A stretch of DNA of 64,000 nt from contig CAVIJI010000005.1 in NCBI GenBank assembly GCA_963642885.1, positions 22,185 to 86,184 of the forward strand, in the 5' to 3' direction. The translations under genes and the position numbers were made by a program. Source of the stretch: a bacterium. Its GTDB lineage: Bacteria; Bacillota; Clostridia; Oscillospirales; CAG-272. This document shows, piece after piece, positions 17,229 to 27,283 of this stretch. Numbering within the stretch: the first letter of the stretch is position 1; the number at the start of each line of letters is the position of its first letter. The notes beneath the pieces are model-generated. The model saw only the letters and a list, made by a program, of their open reading frames with translations, made no database searches and had not been told where the DNA came from.

Positions 17229-18623
17229 TCAGAACGAAAGATATTTTGCCCAGAATTCTTTAATCTGTCCGTTGAGGAATTCGAGCATGCGCAGACCCTT
17301 TTCACGGTCGCCGCAGTAGTATTCCTTCATCGCTATGCCCTGCTCGATGCAGAGGTCGTCATGAAGCGGGAAATAGTTTTCGGTAAGGAACCATGCGTAT
17401 TTGCACAGACGGTATTCGCCTACGACTCTCAGCTCTTTGCTGATGCCGTCAACGGCTACGGTATGTCTTGCGCGGATGGCCTCGAGAATCGAGGGAGTGG
17501 TGTTTTCCTTCGCGAAGGTTATCGTCCATGTTACGTCCGAGTTGCGGTTGTTCACGGAGCTGTGGCTGTCGGAGCTGCCCACTATCGGGAAGTTCATGCC
17601 GTGAGCGCGTGCCTCGTCATAATGCAGTGTCTGGAAGCCGTTTTGCTCGAAGTAGTGCTCGCCGCCGAGAACCTCGAACGCATCGAATTTCTGCTGCTGG
17701 AAGATATACCATGTGAGTCTTTCGTCAACATGATAAATGTCGTATATCCAATAAGGATGAGCGAATATTGCCAAACCGCCTGCCTTGCGAATCTGGTCGC
17801 ATACCCACGCAAAGGAAGCATAGGTGAATTTCGGCAGGTCATCGGGAATCGGAGAAAGTGTTTTCGCGTAATCCTCGACTAATTCATGGAATTTTTCATC
17901 TGAAACGGTACCGGGGAAGTCGGAGTTTTCGCCTGCTTTCCACGCAGAGGGGAAGCGCTCGGTCATGCCCGGTGTGCGCTGGTCTATGCAGTCGTAGTTC
18001 GATTGTGCTATTGCGTTTACACTGTAGTGTCCGCCCATATGAACAATGTGAATCGGGCAGTCCGGCATATGAACCTCTTCACCTGTCATAAGATGCATTT
18101 CAATCGGAGCATCCTTGTATGCGTCAATTGCTTCAAGTGAACCTGCGAAATTGTTGTGGTCGGTGATGGCAATATAGTCATAGCCCAATCTGCGCAGATG
18201 AGCCGCAACGATAGCGGGGTCCTCGCGTCCGTCGGAACGTATTGTGTGCAGGTGCTGGTCGCCCTTCAGCGGGATGAGACCCGCTAAGTCCTCGAGAACG
18301 GAGTAAACCGAGAGCTGAGCACGGCGCTTTCCGCCGTAATAAATTCTGAGGTAATGCTCCTGTTCGCCGTGGAAGGTGTGCTTGAAACGGAGGCATCCGT
18401 CCTCACACGGGGTAATGTTGTATTCGGTTATGGCCGAGGGAATATCGCACAGAGGGTAGGATCTCTCGTGCAGGGGGCAAACCTGAAGCAGAACACCGTC
18501 CTTCGGGAATGCGCACTGCAGTCCGAGAGGGCGAATTGTTATCTCGACTTCTTTGTTTTCTACTATGACCTTGGGATAAACGTCATAATAGTACAGCTCG
18601 GTTTTCATGTTTTCAAGTCTCAT
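17229..18623 (-). CDS. PHP-domain metal-dependent phosphoesterase with an N-terminal domain of unknown function
   Basis: GDQHLHTIRSDGREDP...YDYIAITDHNNF...FAHPYW...GSSDSH are PHP histidine/aspartate motifs. Confidence 0.7.
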   Translation of the reverse strand: MRLENMKTELYYYDVYPKVIVENKEVEITIRPLGLQCAFPKDGVLLQVCPLHERSYPLCDIPSAITEYNITPCEDGCLRFKHTFHGEQEHYLRIYYGGKRRAQLSVYSVLEDLAGLIPLKGDQHLHTIRSDGREDPAIVAAHLRRLGYDYIAITDHNNFAGSLEAIDAYKDAPIEMHLMTGEEVHMPDCPIHIVHMGGHYSVNAIAQSNYDCIDQRTPGMTERFPSAWKAGENSDFPGTVSDEKFHELVEDYAKTLSPIPDDLPKFTYASFAWVCDQIRKAGGLAIFAHPYWIYDIYHVDERLTWYIFQQQKFDAFEVLGGEHYFEQNGFQTLHYDEARAHGMNFPIVGSSDSHSSVNNRNSDVTWTITFAKENTTPSILEAIRARHTVAVDGISKELRVVGEYRLCKYAWFLTENYFPLHDDLCIEQGIAMKEYYCGDREKGLRMLEFLNGQIKEFWAKYLSF

Positions 18624-18666
18624 ATCAAAGCTCCTTTATATAAAGTAATATTGTACAGACGGGATT

Positions 18667-20268
18667 TTACTCCGCGATTTCCGCGTTTACGATGCCGTCC
18701 GTGAATTTAAAGGTAAATTTAACTACACAGTTGTCGCGCGTGGTAACGAACCTGCTCTTGCAGCCCGAACCGCTTCCGGGATGCCGTGTTCCTTCTCTGT
18801 ATACGGAGGACAGAGTACCGTAGGTCGAAATTCCGTAATTGTATTCACCCGCAAACGGAATTACGACGCTTAACATATAGGTATTGTCTCCCACATAGTA
18901 CATACGTGTGATTTCGCTGTTCGAGTCATCCTCGACGGCGCCGACGAACGGCTGGAAGCTGCCGAATACCACAACCTTTTCGGGAAGCTTGTATCCCGTT
19001 TCGGAGTCGTAAACCTCACATCCTCCGTAATGAATAAGCTCCGCGGGATTGGCGTACTTTTCACGCAGACGGTCTCCGTCATCCCAGCACGCTTTCATGA
19101 CGTCTTCCTGATCGAAGCCCATGGGACAGGATGCGGATTTGTTGTTTATCTGATAATACGGGTTTGTTCCCATTTCGCCGTTGTCGCCGCGCTCCATCGT
19201 GACGCGGGCATCGCTCAGCATACGTCTGAGCGGCATTTCGAAGAAGCCGTGAGGGTTGTTTACCTGCATCCAGCGATATGTATATTCGATGAAGTGGTTG
19301 CGGACATCCTCGTTTTGGTTTGCAAACCAGCCGATTTGGTCGTAACCCCACCATTGCCACAGTGCCATTTGGTGTCTTGAGTATTTCGGGAGATCCTCGT
19401 CACGGAACATTTTTCCGCCCCAGTTGTCGTATTCCATAAGGTACGGCATTTGTTCGCAGTACCAGCCGTTGGGGTTCATTCCGCCCTCGCTGAAACCCTC
19501 GCGTACGAGCACGAGACGTGTGCCTTCGTAATTCTCCAGAGGAGCGCGCGTGAGCGGCATGGCGTGATAGTCGAACATCAGATTTCCGTTAATGCTGACT
19601 CCGTGAGTGTGAGCGTCAAGCAATACCTTGTGACGGCGTGCGTGTTCGGACGCATATGAACGTATCATACCGAACAGCTCCCATGTTTTCTTCATGCCGC
19701 GGTCTTCCGCCGTGTACAGATGAACCTGACCCATGTGCAATGCTTCGTAGCCGCAGTCGATGTATTTAGTGGCACGGTAATAGAACCACATACGTGCTTC
19801 GTCTCGGTTGAGGTCGGGCATGCATCCTCTTTTGCCGAGCGGTCTGTCGGGCGGGAATTCACCCGGCTTGCTTCCGTCCTCCGGCATCATACGTGCATCC
19901 TCGAAGCGGAAACAGCGGTCCTCGACAGGCTTACCGAATGCTTCGAAAACGTATGCGGGGATTTTCTGCTCGTTTATGCGCTGTGTGACGATTTCGAACA
20001 CACATGCCTGAAGAATTATCTCGGGGTCCTGCTCGTGTATTCTGTCGGCCAAAGCCTTGGATTTAGCGAAATGTACGTCGTCATCCTCGAGCATGTACCA
20101 GATTCCCGACGCGCGGCCTATGAACTTAACGCCGAGACGCTTTATCACACGCAAATCATCCTCAAGCGTGTCCGTGTCGAACAGCGAGCTTGCGGTAACG
20201 GCGCGTGAGAGATAGCTTTCGAGTACCTCGAGCGACATATTTCCGTCGAATTTAAAATTAAGATTCAT
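18667..20268 (-). CDS. Hypothetical protein (533 aa); possibly glycoside-hydrolase-like with a C-terminal beta-sandwich, unassigned
   Basis: The start is moved to the ATG at 20268 (MNLNFKFDGN...). The track ORF start at 20370 would overlap the GH4 gene end. I recognise no diagnostic motif. Confidence 0.6.
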   Translation of the reverse strand: MNLNFKFDGNMSLEVLESYLSRAVTASSLFDTDTLEDDLRVIKRLGVKFIGRASGIWYMLEDDDVHFAKSKALADRIHEQDPEIILQACVFEIVTQRINEQKIPAYVFEAFGKPVEDRCFRFEDARMMPEDGSKPGEFPPDRPLGKRGCMPDLNRDEARMWFYYRATKYIDCGYEALHMGQVHLYTAEDRGMKKTWELFGMIRSYASEHARRHKVLLDAHTHGVSINGNLMFDYHAMPLTRAPLENYEGTRLVLVREGFSEGGMNPNGWYCEQMPYLMEYDNWGGKMFRDEDLPKYSRHQMALWQWWGYDQIGWFANQNEDVRNHFIEYTYRWMQVNNPHGFFEMPLRRMLSDARVTMERGDNGEMGTNPYYQINNKSASCPMGFDQEDVMKACWDDGDRLREKYANPAELIHYGGCEVYDSETGYKLPEKVVVFGSFQPFVGAVEDDSNSEITRMYYVGDNTYMLSVVIPFAGEYNYGISTYGTLSSVYREGTRHPGSGSGCKSRFVTTRDNCVVKFTFKFTDGIVNAEIAE

Positions 20269-20326
20269 TAATCGGTTTCTCCGTGTATTCTGTGTTATAG
20301 TGATTTTTTGTAAAGCCGGAAACGCA

Positions 20327-21688
20327 TCAGCCCAAAATAGGTTCGCCGTATGCCTCGTTGTAATCGGCAATCAGCTTTTTCGCGAGTGAATAAGAATTAA
20401 TGAGCGGGTGCATCATGAGCGCTTCTACCGCCTTGTCCTCGCTGTGCTCGCGTACGGCTTCGACCGTAAGTCTTTCGTAACGCTTTATGAGACGGATGTA
20501 AAGCTCACACATTTCGGGTATGGATGTCTGAGCCACGGGTTCGATTCCGTTTTTCGTTACCTTGCAGGTAACCTCGACTACGTCATCGTCCGAAAGGAAG
20601 GGAATAGAGCCGTTGTTCAGTATGCTGAGCACGAGAGTGCGTCCCTCTTCGCTTTGCATTCCTTCGATGCAGTCGAGCATAACACCCGCATAACCCATGC
20701 CTTCGGGAACGGGCAGACTGCCCTTTTCAAGCATCGGACGGTTTGCGGTACCCGATTCGATAGACATATAGCTGTTTTCGCGCAACTGCATGTAGTACAG
20801 GAAGGTTTGCAGAGCTTCCTCGGGATTTGCGTCGATATCCATAGCCTTCAGCTCACGCATCATGGCGATGTTGACCTTTTCTATGGTCTGACCGCGCGTC
20901 ATTTCGGATTTTTCGATGTTGGCGAGCGCGCGTTCACGGTGGTAATAGTAGTAAAGATATTCGTTCGGAAGCATTCCCGTCTTGCGGATTACGTCGCGGT
21001 CGAATATTTCAAGCTCCTGTATACTCGAAAGGAATGCGTCGTCTGCTATCAGCTTAGGCATGATTTCCTCGCCGTGCAGCTGTACGCTCTTTATCCACGA
21101 CAGGTGATTGAGCCCGAAGAATTCGACGTAAAGCTCTTCCTCCGTAACGCCGAGATTGTTTGCCATGCGGTATTTCATGCTGCTGGGAGCGTCACAGATG
21201 CCGATTATACGGTGGTATCCCGCACTGTGCAGAGCCTGTGTAACGAGTCCCGATGGATTTGTGAAATTGAATATCCACGCATTGGGAGCGTATTTCTCGA
21301 TAAGCTCGCAGTAGTCTATCAGTATCGGTATGGTACGCACCGCCATAGAAAATCCGCCGACACCCGTGGTTTCCTGACCTATGACGCCGTTTTTCAGTGC
21401 CACCGCTTCGTCAATCACGCGGGAATGGTCGCCGCCGACACGCAGCGTGGTAACTATGTAGTCCATTCCGCGTATAGCCTCCACGGGGTCGTACACCTCA
21501 CGTACCTCGAGGTCCATGCCCTCTCTCGCCACAACGTGACGGCAAAGCTTTCCGATTATCGCAAGCTTTTCGAAATCGGTGTCGTAAAGTACAACCGAGT
21601 CTATGTCGAGCTTTTTGTATCTTTTGAGAAGGCCGTTTATGAATATTACGGTACGGACACCCGCACCGCCGATAACTCCGATTTTCAT
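20327..21688 (-). CDS. Glycoside hydrolase family 4 (NAD+/Mn2+-dependent; 6-phospho-glycosidase or alpha-glycosidase)
   Basis: MKIGVIGGAGVRT is a Rossmann motif. NFTNPSGLVTQAL, IIGICDAPSS and FGLNHLSW fit GH4. Confidence 0.85.
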   Translation of the reverse strand: MKIGVIGGAGVRTVIFINGLLKRYKKLDIDSVVLYDTDFEKLAIIGKLCRHVVAREGMDLEVREVYDPVEAIRGMDYIVTTLRVGGDHSRVIDEAVALKNGVIGQETTGVGGFSMAVRTIPILIDYCELIEKYAPNAWIFNFTNPSGLVTQALHSAGYHRIIGICDAPSSMKYRMANNLGVTEEELYVEFFGLNHLSWIKSVQLHGEEIMPKLIADDAFLSSIQELEIFDRDVIRKTGMLPNEYLYYYYHRERALANIEKSEMTRGQTIEKVNIAMMRELKAMDIDANPEEALQTFLYYMQLRENSYMSIESGTANRPMLEKGSLPVPEGMGYAGVMLDCIEGMQSEEGRTLVLSILNNGSIPFLSDDDVVEVTCKVTKNGIEPVAQTSIPEMCELYIRLIKRYERLTVEAVREHSEDKAVEALMMHPLINSYSLAKKLIADYNEAYGEPILG

Positions 21689-21720
21689 TGTTTATTTCTC
21701 CTTGATTCGAGCATAATTGA

Positions 21721-22656
21721 TTATTCGTGGGCGGAAATCCATTTTTTCATTTCGTCACGGAACGGGAATCCCGTATTGCCGCCAAGCTTTGTCACGGACA
21801 GTGCGCCGCACGTGTTTCCGCATTTCAGGCATTCCTCCATCGGCAGACCGTTCAGGAAACCGTAAACAAAGCCCGCGTTGAAGGAATCCCCCGCACCCGT
21901 TGTGTCAACGGCACTAACCTTGTACGCGGGGGCGAAATATTTAATTCCGTCGCGTATAGCCAAAGCACCGGTTTTGCCGAGCTTGATTACCGCCATGCCG
22001 ACACCTGCATCGGCGAGCTTGCGGGCACCCTCTTCGATGTCGTCGCAGCGTGTATAATGAGCACATTCCGTTTCGTTCATAAACAACACGTCAATCATCG
22101 GCAGAAGCTCGAATATTCCCTCGTACCATACGCCGGTCGTATCCCAGCCCACATCAAACGAAACCGTAACGTCTCCCATTTCGTGTGTTTTTTTCAGTAC
22201 GGACAGGTACTCACCGTGGTTTGAAAGTCCTTCGTAGCCTGTGACGTGTACATGTCTCGCTTCCTTCAGCTTTTCGAGATCCATGTATCGCAGAGACAAA
22301 CCCTCGTTCGTTCCGCGATATGTAAGGAAACAGCGTTCCTTTTCCGTTGTAAAGCTGATGGAAATACCGGTTTTTTTGGTTTCACTGTCGGTGAGAAGAC
22401 TGTCGTCGGCACCGAGCTCTCTGAACAGTCCCCGAATATAGCTGCCGTACATGTCCTTGCCGATGCTTCCCTGAAGCACGGATTTCAAGCCGAGCTTGGC
22501 GGTACCGAGTGTGAATAACGCAGCGCCGCCGCCGACAAAGGTTTCCATAGTCGGTACGTCAACCTCGCTGCCTGGGTCGGGCAGCTGTTCGACACCGGGA
22601 ACCACAAGGTCGATATTGACGTCGCCGTATACGTATACATCCCATTTTTTCTGCAT
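21721..22656 (-). CDS. PfkB-family carbohydrate kinase
   Basis: The N-terminal motif is GGGAALF. The C-terminal ribokinase-family signature is DTTGAGDSFNAGFVYG. Confidence 0.85.
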   Translation of the reverse strand: MQKKWDVYVYGDVNIDLVVPGVEQLPDPGSEVDVPTMETFVGGGAALFTLGTAKLGLKSVLQGSIGKDMYGSYIRGLFRELGADDSLLTDSETKKTGISISFTTEKERCFLTYRGTNEGLSLRYMDLEKLKEARHVHVTGYEGLSNHGEYLSVLKKTHEMGDVTVSFDVGWDTTGVWYEGIFELLPMIDVLFMNETECAHYTRCDDIEEGARKLADAGVGMAVIKLGKTGALAIRDGIKYFAPAYKVSAVDTTGAGDSFNAGFVYGFLNGLPMEECLKCGNTCGALSVTKLGGNTGFPFRDEMKKWISAHE

Positions 22657-23056
22657 GTGCGTTTCTCCTTAACTGTTGCCTTCAGGGTAAATTATACCAT
22701 TTATTCGGCATTCTTTCAATAGTTAAATGACATACGGCAGAATATTTGCATGTGAAAACGTTTTGCGCCTCGGCGGCTCGGATTATGCGGATACGATCCG
22801 ATGCCGAATAGGTTTGCCGTGCAAGATTTATCATGAAAAATGAAGAAAAATACAAATGTAGCTGTTTTGTACGGGTAAATATGTGTTTTCGGGTGATTCC
22901 GAGTTTGTTTAAAAATTCAAAAAAAGACCGTATATTCGGTTTGTAAACACCGTTTGAAGTATAAATATGCGTTTGAAAGCAACTGCGAAAAGATGAATTT
23001 GCCAAAATCAACAATCATTACGATAAAGTGTCGGGAAATAATGTAGAAATGGTGAA

Positions 23057-23085
23057 TTGACTTTTATATGAATTTTTATTACAAT
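23057..23085 (+). promoter_or_regulatory. Sigma-70-like promoter for the liv operon
   Basis: TTGACT (23057-23062), 17-nt spacer, TACAAT (23080-23085). A leader hairpin caaaggtta-tgag-taaccttttg follows. Confidence 0.5.
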
Positions 23086-23182
23086 GATACAAAGGTTATG
23101 AGTAACCTTTTGTCTGTCGTTTTTATAATGTTTTGCAGCTTTGTTAATGTCGGACTTCAATTTTAAGAGAAGGTGTATGTTT

Positions 23183-24349
23183 ATGAAAACAGGAAATAAA
23201 ACAGTATCGCGTATATTTACGGCTGTGCTTGCGTGCACAATGCTTACATTCGGCATGAGCTCATGCGGCTCGAGTGCCGGTTATACGGAAAACAATACGG
23301 AATTCTTCATAGGTGCGACAGGTCCTCTCACGGGTGATGCTTCCTCCTACGGAACATCGGTCGAAAAAGGTGCCGAGCTCGCCATCGAGGAAATAAACAA
23401 CGCGGGCGGGCTGAACGGTGTGAAGATTCACTTCGAGATGCTCGATGACGTAGCCACCGCGGATAAGGCGGCTACCGCTTATACAACACTTTACGAAAAG
23501 GGAATGCAGATTTCCATCGGCAGTGTTACCTCGGGCTCTTGCGCTTCCTTCGCTTCGACATCCGCCGAGGATAAAATGCTGTTCATGACTCCTTCGGCAT
23601 CGGCTGCCGATGTAATCGCGGCAAGCGATTACGGCTTCAGAGTATGCTTCGGCGACCCTCAGCAGGGCACGATAGCCGCAAACACTCTTACCGCCGAATA
23701 CTCGAAGATAGGCGTAATCTACGACAGCAGTGATACATATTCATCGGGTATATACGAGGCATTCGAGGATGAGATGACCAACCTCGGCAAGACAGTCGGA
23801 ACGGACTATATCGTATATACATTCACAAAGGAAACCAATAAGGACTTCTCCACACAGGTTGACGGTTTATCGGCAGAGAACTGCGATGTTATTTTCCTTC
23901 CGATTTACTACACCGAAGCGGGACTTATCGCAAAGAGAGCCGCCGCAGGCAACTACAATGTTCCGATATTCGGCTGTGACGGACTTGACGGCATAGCAGA
24001 CCAGCTTGACAGCTCCGTAACGGCTACGGTTCGTTATATCACTCCTTTCGACGTAAACAGCACAGACCCCGATGTTGTCGCGTTTGTTGCCGCTTATACC
24101 GAAAAATACGGTGAGTCTCCCGACCAGTTCGCGGCTGACGGATATGACGCGGTAAAGATTCTTTGCTCAGCTATGAGTACCGCAGGAGTAAGCGATACCA
24201 CAATAACACCCGCCGAGCTTACCGATATAATCAAGCCGATTCTTACGGGCGGAACATTCAGCTACTCCGGAGTTACCGGTAAAAATATGACATGGACAGA
24301 AGACGGTTCCTGCAACAAGGATGCCAATATTGTTACTCTCGACAGATAA
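23183..24349 (+). CDS. livJ: Branched-chain amino acid ABC transporter substrate-binding lipoprotein (LivJ/K-like)
   Basis: The lipobox is FGMSSCGS. FIGATGPLTGDASSYG...AIEEINNAGGLNG is a Peripla_BP_6-type pattern. The start is set at 23183, 8 nt after GAAGGTG. Confidence 0.8.
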   Translation: MKTGNKTVSRIFTAVLACTMLTFGMSSCGSSAGYTENNTEFFIGATGPLTGDASSYGTSVEKGAELAIEEINNAGGLNGVKIHFEMLDDVATADKAATAYTTLYEKGMQISIGSVTSGSCASFASTSAEDKMLFMTPSASAADVIAASDYGFRVCFGDPQQGTIAANTLTAEYSKIGVIYDSSDTYSSGIYEAFEDEMTNLGKTVGTDYIVYTFTKETNKDFSTQVDGLSAENCDVIFLPIYYTEAGLIAKRAAAGNYNVPIFGCDGLDGIADQLDSSVTATVRYITPFDVNSTDPDVVAFVAAYTEKYGESPDQFAADGYDAVKILCSAMSTAGVSDTTITPAELTDIIKPILTGGTFSYSGVTGKNMTWTEDGSCNKDANIVTLDR

Positions 24350-24493
24350 TAGATTATTATAGGACACGGGGAACAGAATAAAGACTGTGCCGCCGATGTG
24401 CGGCAACGCCTATACCTTATGCGATGATACCAAGGCTCTGACTATGATAAACAGGGTCTTGGTATTGCTGTTATAAAACAGGAGAGATAAATC

Positions 24494-25360
24494 ATGATTA
24501 ACACATTGATAAACGGGCTTTGTCTCGGCGGTATCTATGCACTTATAGCTCTCGGCTATACGATGGTTTACGGTATTGCCAAGATGCTTAACTTTGCCCA
24601 CGGCGACATAATTATGGTCGGAGCATATACGATATTAACAACGCTGTCACTGACGGGACACGCACTGCCTGCAGTGATTGTCGCCGTCATTGTCTGCACT
24701 CTCCTGGGCATACTCACCGAAAAGGTGGCATACAAGCCCCTGAGAGGAGCTTCTCCGCTGGCAGTGCTTATAACTGCGATAGGTGTCAGCTATTTTCTGC
24801 AGAGTATTGCGCAGCTGATATACGGAACAAAATCACGTTCGATTTCAATAGGAAATTTCGGTGCCGTTGAATTCTGCGGCGTTTCCGTAAGTATTTCGTC
24901 TATCATAACCCTTGCTTTATGCGTCGTTATAATGGTTTCTCTTACGTTATTCATAAACAAAACACGAGTAGGATGTGCTATGCTTGCGGTATCGGAGGAT
25001 AAAGGTGCCGCACAGCTTATGGGAATAAACGTTAACGGAATCATCACCCTGACATTCGCAATCGGTTCGGCTCTCGCCGCATTTGCCAGTACCTTCTATC
25101 TTATGCAGATACCGAGCGTGACGCCGACACTCGGCTCGATGCCCGGTATAAAAGCGTTCACCGCTGCGGTTATCGGCGGTATCGGTTCGATTCCCGGAGC
25201 TATGGTCGGAGGAATTCTTCTCGGTGTAATAGAAAAGCTTGCACTCAGTGTTCCCGTACTCGCGCCGTACACGACGGCGATAGAGTTCGGACTGCTTATA
25301 GTGATACTGCTTGTGAAACCCACGGGCATACTCGGTAAAAAGACAAGAGAGAAGGTATAA
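24494..25360 (+). CDS. livH: Branched-chain amino acid ABC transporter permease
   Basis: 288 aa and polytopic. LINGLCLGGIYALIALGYTMVYGI...NFAHGD is typical of LivH. Confidence 0.88.
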   Translation: MINTLINGLCLGGIYALIALGYTMVYGIAKMLNFAHGDIIMVGAYTILTTLSLTGHALPAVIVAVIVCTLLGILTEKVAYKPLRGASPLAVLITAIGVSYFLQSIAQLIYGTKSRSISIGNFGAVEFCGVSVSISSIITLALCVVIMVSLTLFINKTRVGCAMLAVSEDKGAAQLMGINVNGIITLTFAIGSALAAFASTFYLMQIPSVTPTLGSMPGIKAFTAAVIGGIGSIPGAMVGGILLGVIEKLALSVPVLAPYTTAIEFGLLIVILLVKPTGILGKKTREKV

Positions 25361-25362
25361 GT

Positions 25363-26520
25363 ATGAAAAAGCCAACCAATTTCAAATTAAAGTATGTAAT
25401 AAACTACATTCTCGTTCTTGCTCTGCTTATTCCGACCGCTGTTCTGGGACTGACGGGCGGACTCAAGGGTTCATCCGCACTTTTGCTCACTCAGATCGCG
25501 TACAGTATAATTCTTGCGGTATCGCTCAACCTTGTTGTCGGATTTTTGGGTGAGCTCAGCCTCGGCCATGCGGGATTCATGTGCGTAGGCGCATACATAG
25601 GCTGTTTATGCGCGAATTATATGCATAACGTTATTCCGTCGAAGCTTGTCGTACTTATAATATCCATGCTGATAGGCGGCATTTGCGCCGCGGTATTCGG
25701 CTTGATTATCGGTCTTCCCTGCCTCAGGCTGAAGGGTGACTATTTGGCGATAGTCACGCTCGCGTTCGGTGAAATCATGAGAACGGTTTTCATGAACCAG
25801 GAAATATTCGGCGGTGCGCTCGGACTTACTACCAAAAAGTACGGTAAAATGCTGTATATAATCGCTTTTATCGTAGTGCTTCTTACTGTTTTCGTATCTC
25901 AGAATCTGATGCGAAGCAAGCACGGCAGAGCTATTCAGTCAATCAGAGACAACGAGATAGCGTCACGTGCTATGGGTGTAAACGTAACGTACTACAAGCT
26001 TATTGTATTTGTTGTATCCGCGTTTTTCGCGGGAGTTGCCGGAGTAATATACGGCCACAACACGTCTCCCGTCGACTACAGCTTTTTCTCGTTCAACTAT
26101 TCGATTGAAATACTCGTAATGGTAGTTCTCGGCGGTATGGGAAACATCAGCGGTTCGATAATAGCCGCGGCGATCCTTACGTTCATAAACGTAAAGCTTC
26201 AGACACAGCTGTCCGGTGACCTTGCGGCACTGAAGCAGCTGATATACGCGCTTATATTGATTATCATGGTAATGTGGAACAATGCGCCCGCACTCAGGGG
26301 TGCTCGTGAAAAAATAAACATAAGAAATCTGACGGTGAAAATCAAAGAAAAACTTCTCGGAAAGAACAAAAATACTCCCGACGGAGGAATAGATCCTCCC
26401 TCGAACGCCGCATGGGATAAGATACCCACGAAAATTCCGATGGATGCTATTTTATCGACGGATTTAAGTCCCGACAATCCGTATGAGGCGCAAGCCCCGA
26501 AAAAGGAGGAGCGTAAATGA
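25363..26520 (+). CDS. livM: Branched-chain amino acid ABC transporter permease (C-terminal extension of about 80 aa)
   Basis: NLVVGFLGELSLGHAGFMCVGAY...LRLKGDYLAIVTLAFGEI is the LivM pattern. Confidence 0.88.
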   Translation: MKKPTNFKLKYVINYILVLALLIPTAVLGLTGGLKGSSALLLTQIAYSIILAVSLNLVVGFLGELSLGHAGFMCVGAYIGCLCANYMHNVIPSKLVVLIISMLIGGICAAVFGLIIGLPCLRLKGDYLAIVTLAFGEIMRTVFMNQEIFGGALGLTTKKYGKMLYIIAFIVVLLTVFVSQNLMRSKHGRAIQSIRDNEIASRAMGVNVTYYKLIVFVVSAFFAGVAGVIYGHNTSPVDYSFFSFNYSIEILVMVVLGGMGNISGSIIAAAILTFINVKLQTQLSGDLAALKQLIYALILIIMVMWNNAPALRGAREKINIRNLTVKIKEKLLGKNKNTPDGGIDPPSNAAWDKIPTKIPMDAILSTDLSPDNPYEAQAPKKEERK

Positions 26521-27281
26521 GCGAATACATTCTCGAAACAGAAGGTCTCGGAATTACATTCGGCGGTTTAAAGGCCGTACAGAGTGTGGATCTCAAGATA
26601 AAGAAAAATCAATTATACGGCTTAATCGGACCGAACGGTGCGGGAAAAACCACGGTATTCAATATGCTGACGGGAGTATACAAGCCTACCACCGGAAAAA
26701 TCAAGCTATGCGGTGAGGATATAACGGGAAAGTCATCTATAGAGATAAACAAAAAAGGAATAGCGAGAACATTCCAGAATATAAGACTTTTCTCGAACAT
26801 GTCCGTTATCGACAATGTTCTCGTGGGTTTGGGAAATCAATCCTCCTGCAATTTATTCGAAAGCATATTCCGTCTTCCGAGATACTGGTCGACGGAAAAG
26901 GAATTGAGAGCGAAGGCACGCGAACTGCTGCGGGTATTCGGACTTGATGAAGAAAGACGCACGGAAGCATCGAATCTTCCGTACGGAAAGCAAAGAAAGC
27001 TTGAAATAGCAAGAGCACTTGCGACAAATCCGAAAATACTGTTGCTTGACGAGCCTGCCGCGGGTATGAATCCGCAGGAGACAGCCGAACTTACGGAGAC
27101 CATACGTTTTGTCAGAGACAAATTCGACATGACTGTGCTGTTAATCGAGCATGACATGAGTCTTGTATCGAAGCTTTGCGATGAGCTTACGGTTTTGAAT
27201 TTCGGAACGGTTCTTGCTCAGGGAAATGTGGAAAATGTTTTAAACGATCCGGAGGTTGTGAGGGCGTATTTGGGAGAATAG
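26517..27281 (+). CDS. livG: Branched-chain amino acid ABC transporter ATP-binding protein
   Basis: Walker A is GPNGAGKTT. The signature motif is LPYGKQRKLEIARAL and Walker B is LLLDEPAAGMNP. The start overlaps the livM stop. Confidence 0.9.
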   Translation: MSEYILETEGLGITFGGLKAVQSVDLKIKKNQLYGLIGPNGAGKTTVFNMLTGVYKPTTGKIKLCGEDITGKSSIEINKKGIARTFQNIRLFSNMSVIDNVLVGLGNQSSCNLFESIFRLPRYWSTEKELRAKARELLRVFGLDEERRTEASNLPYGKQRKLEIARALATNPKILLLDEPAAGMNPQETAELTETIRFVRDKFDMTVLLIEHDMSLVSKLCDELTVLNFGTVLAQGNVENVLNDPEVVRAYLGE

Positions 27282-27283
27282 TG

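Noticed and set aside
20408-21865. 485-aa plus-strand ORF, plus similar long antisense ORFs at 39160-40338, 6213-7013, 45835-46629, 47672-48430, 58562-59407 and 12584-13201
   Set aside because: Each lies opposite, or out of frame with, a gene that has unambiguous family motifs (GH4, fucI, cysS, Gfo/Idh/MocA, sulfatase, PPIase, 4Fe-4S protein). Their translations are low-complexity and rich in R, V, H and C, typical of shadow ORFs in GC-balanced genomes.
22657-23140. A 480-bp AT-rich gap with a 110-aa minus-strand ORF (22682-23014), considered as a missed gene or mobile-element remnant
   Set aside because: The ORF translation is compositionally odd and has no Shine-Dalgarno. There are no inverted terminal repeats or transposase fragments. 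It is best read as a divergent promoter region.
24388-24465. Two hairpins between livJ and livH, considered as a terminator
   Set aside because: The stems are short (6 and 8 bp) and lack U-tracts. They may modestly stabilise the livJ message, but the evidence is too weak to annotate as a feature.
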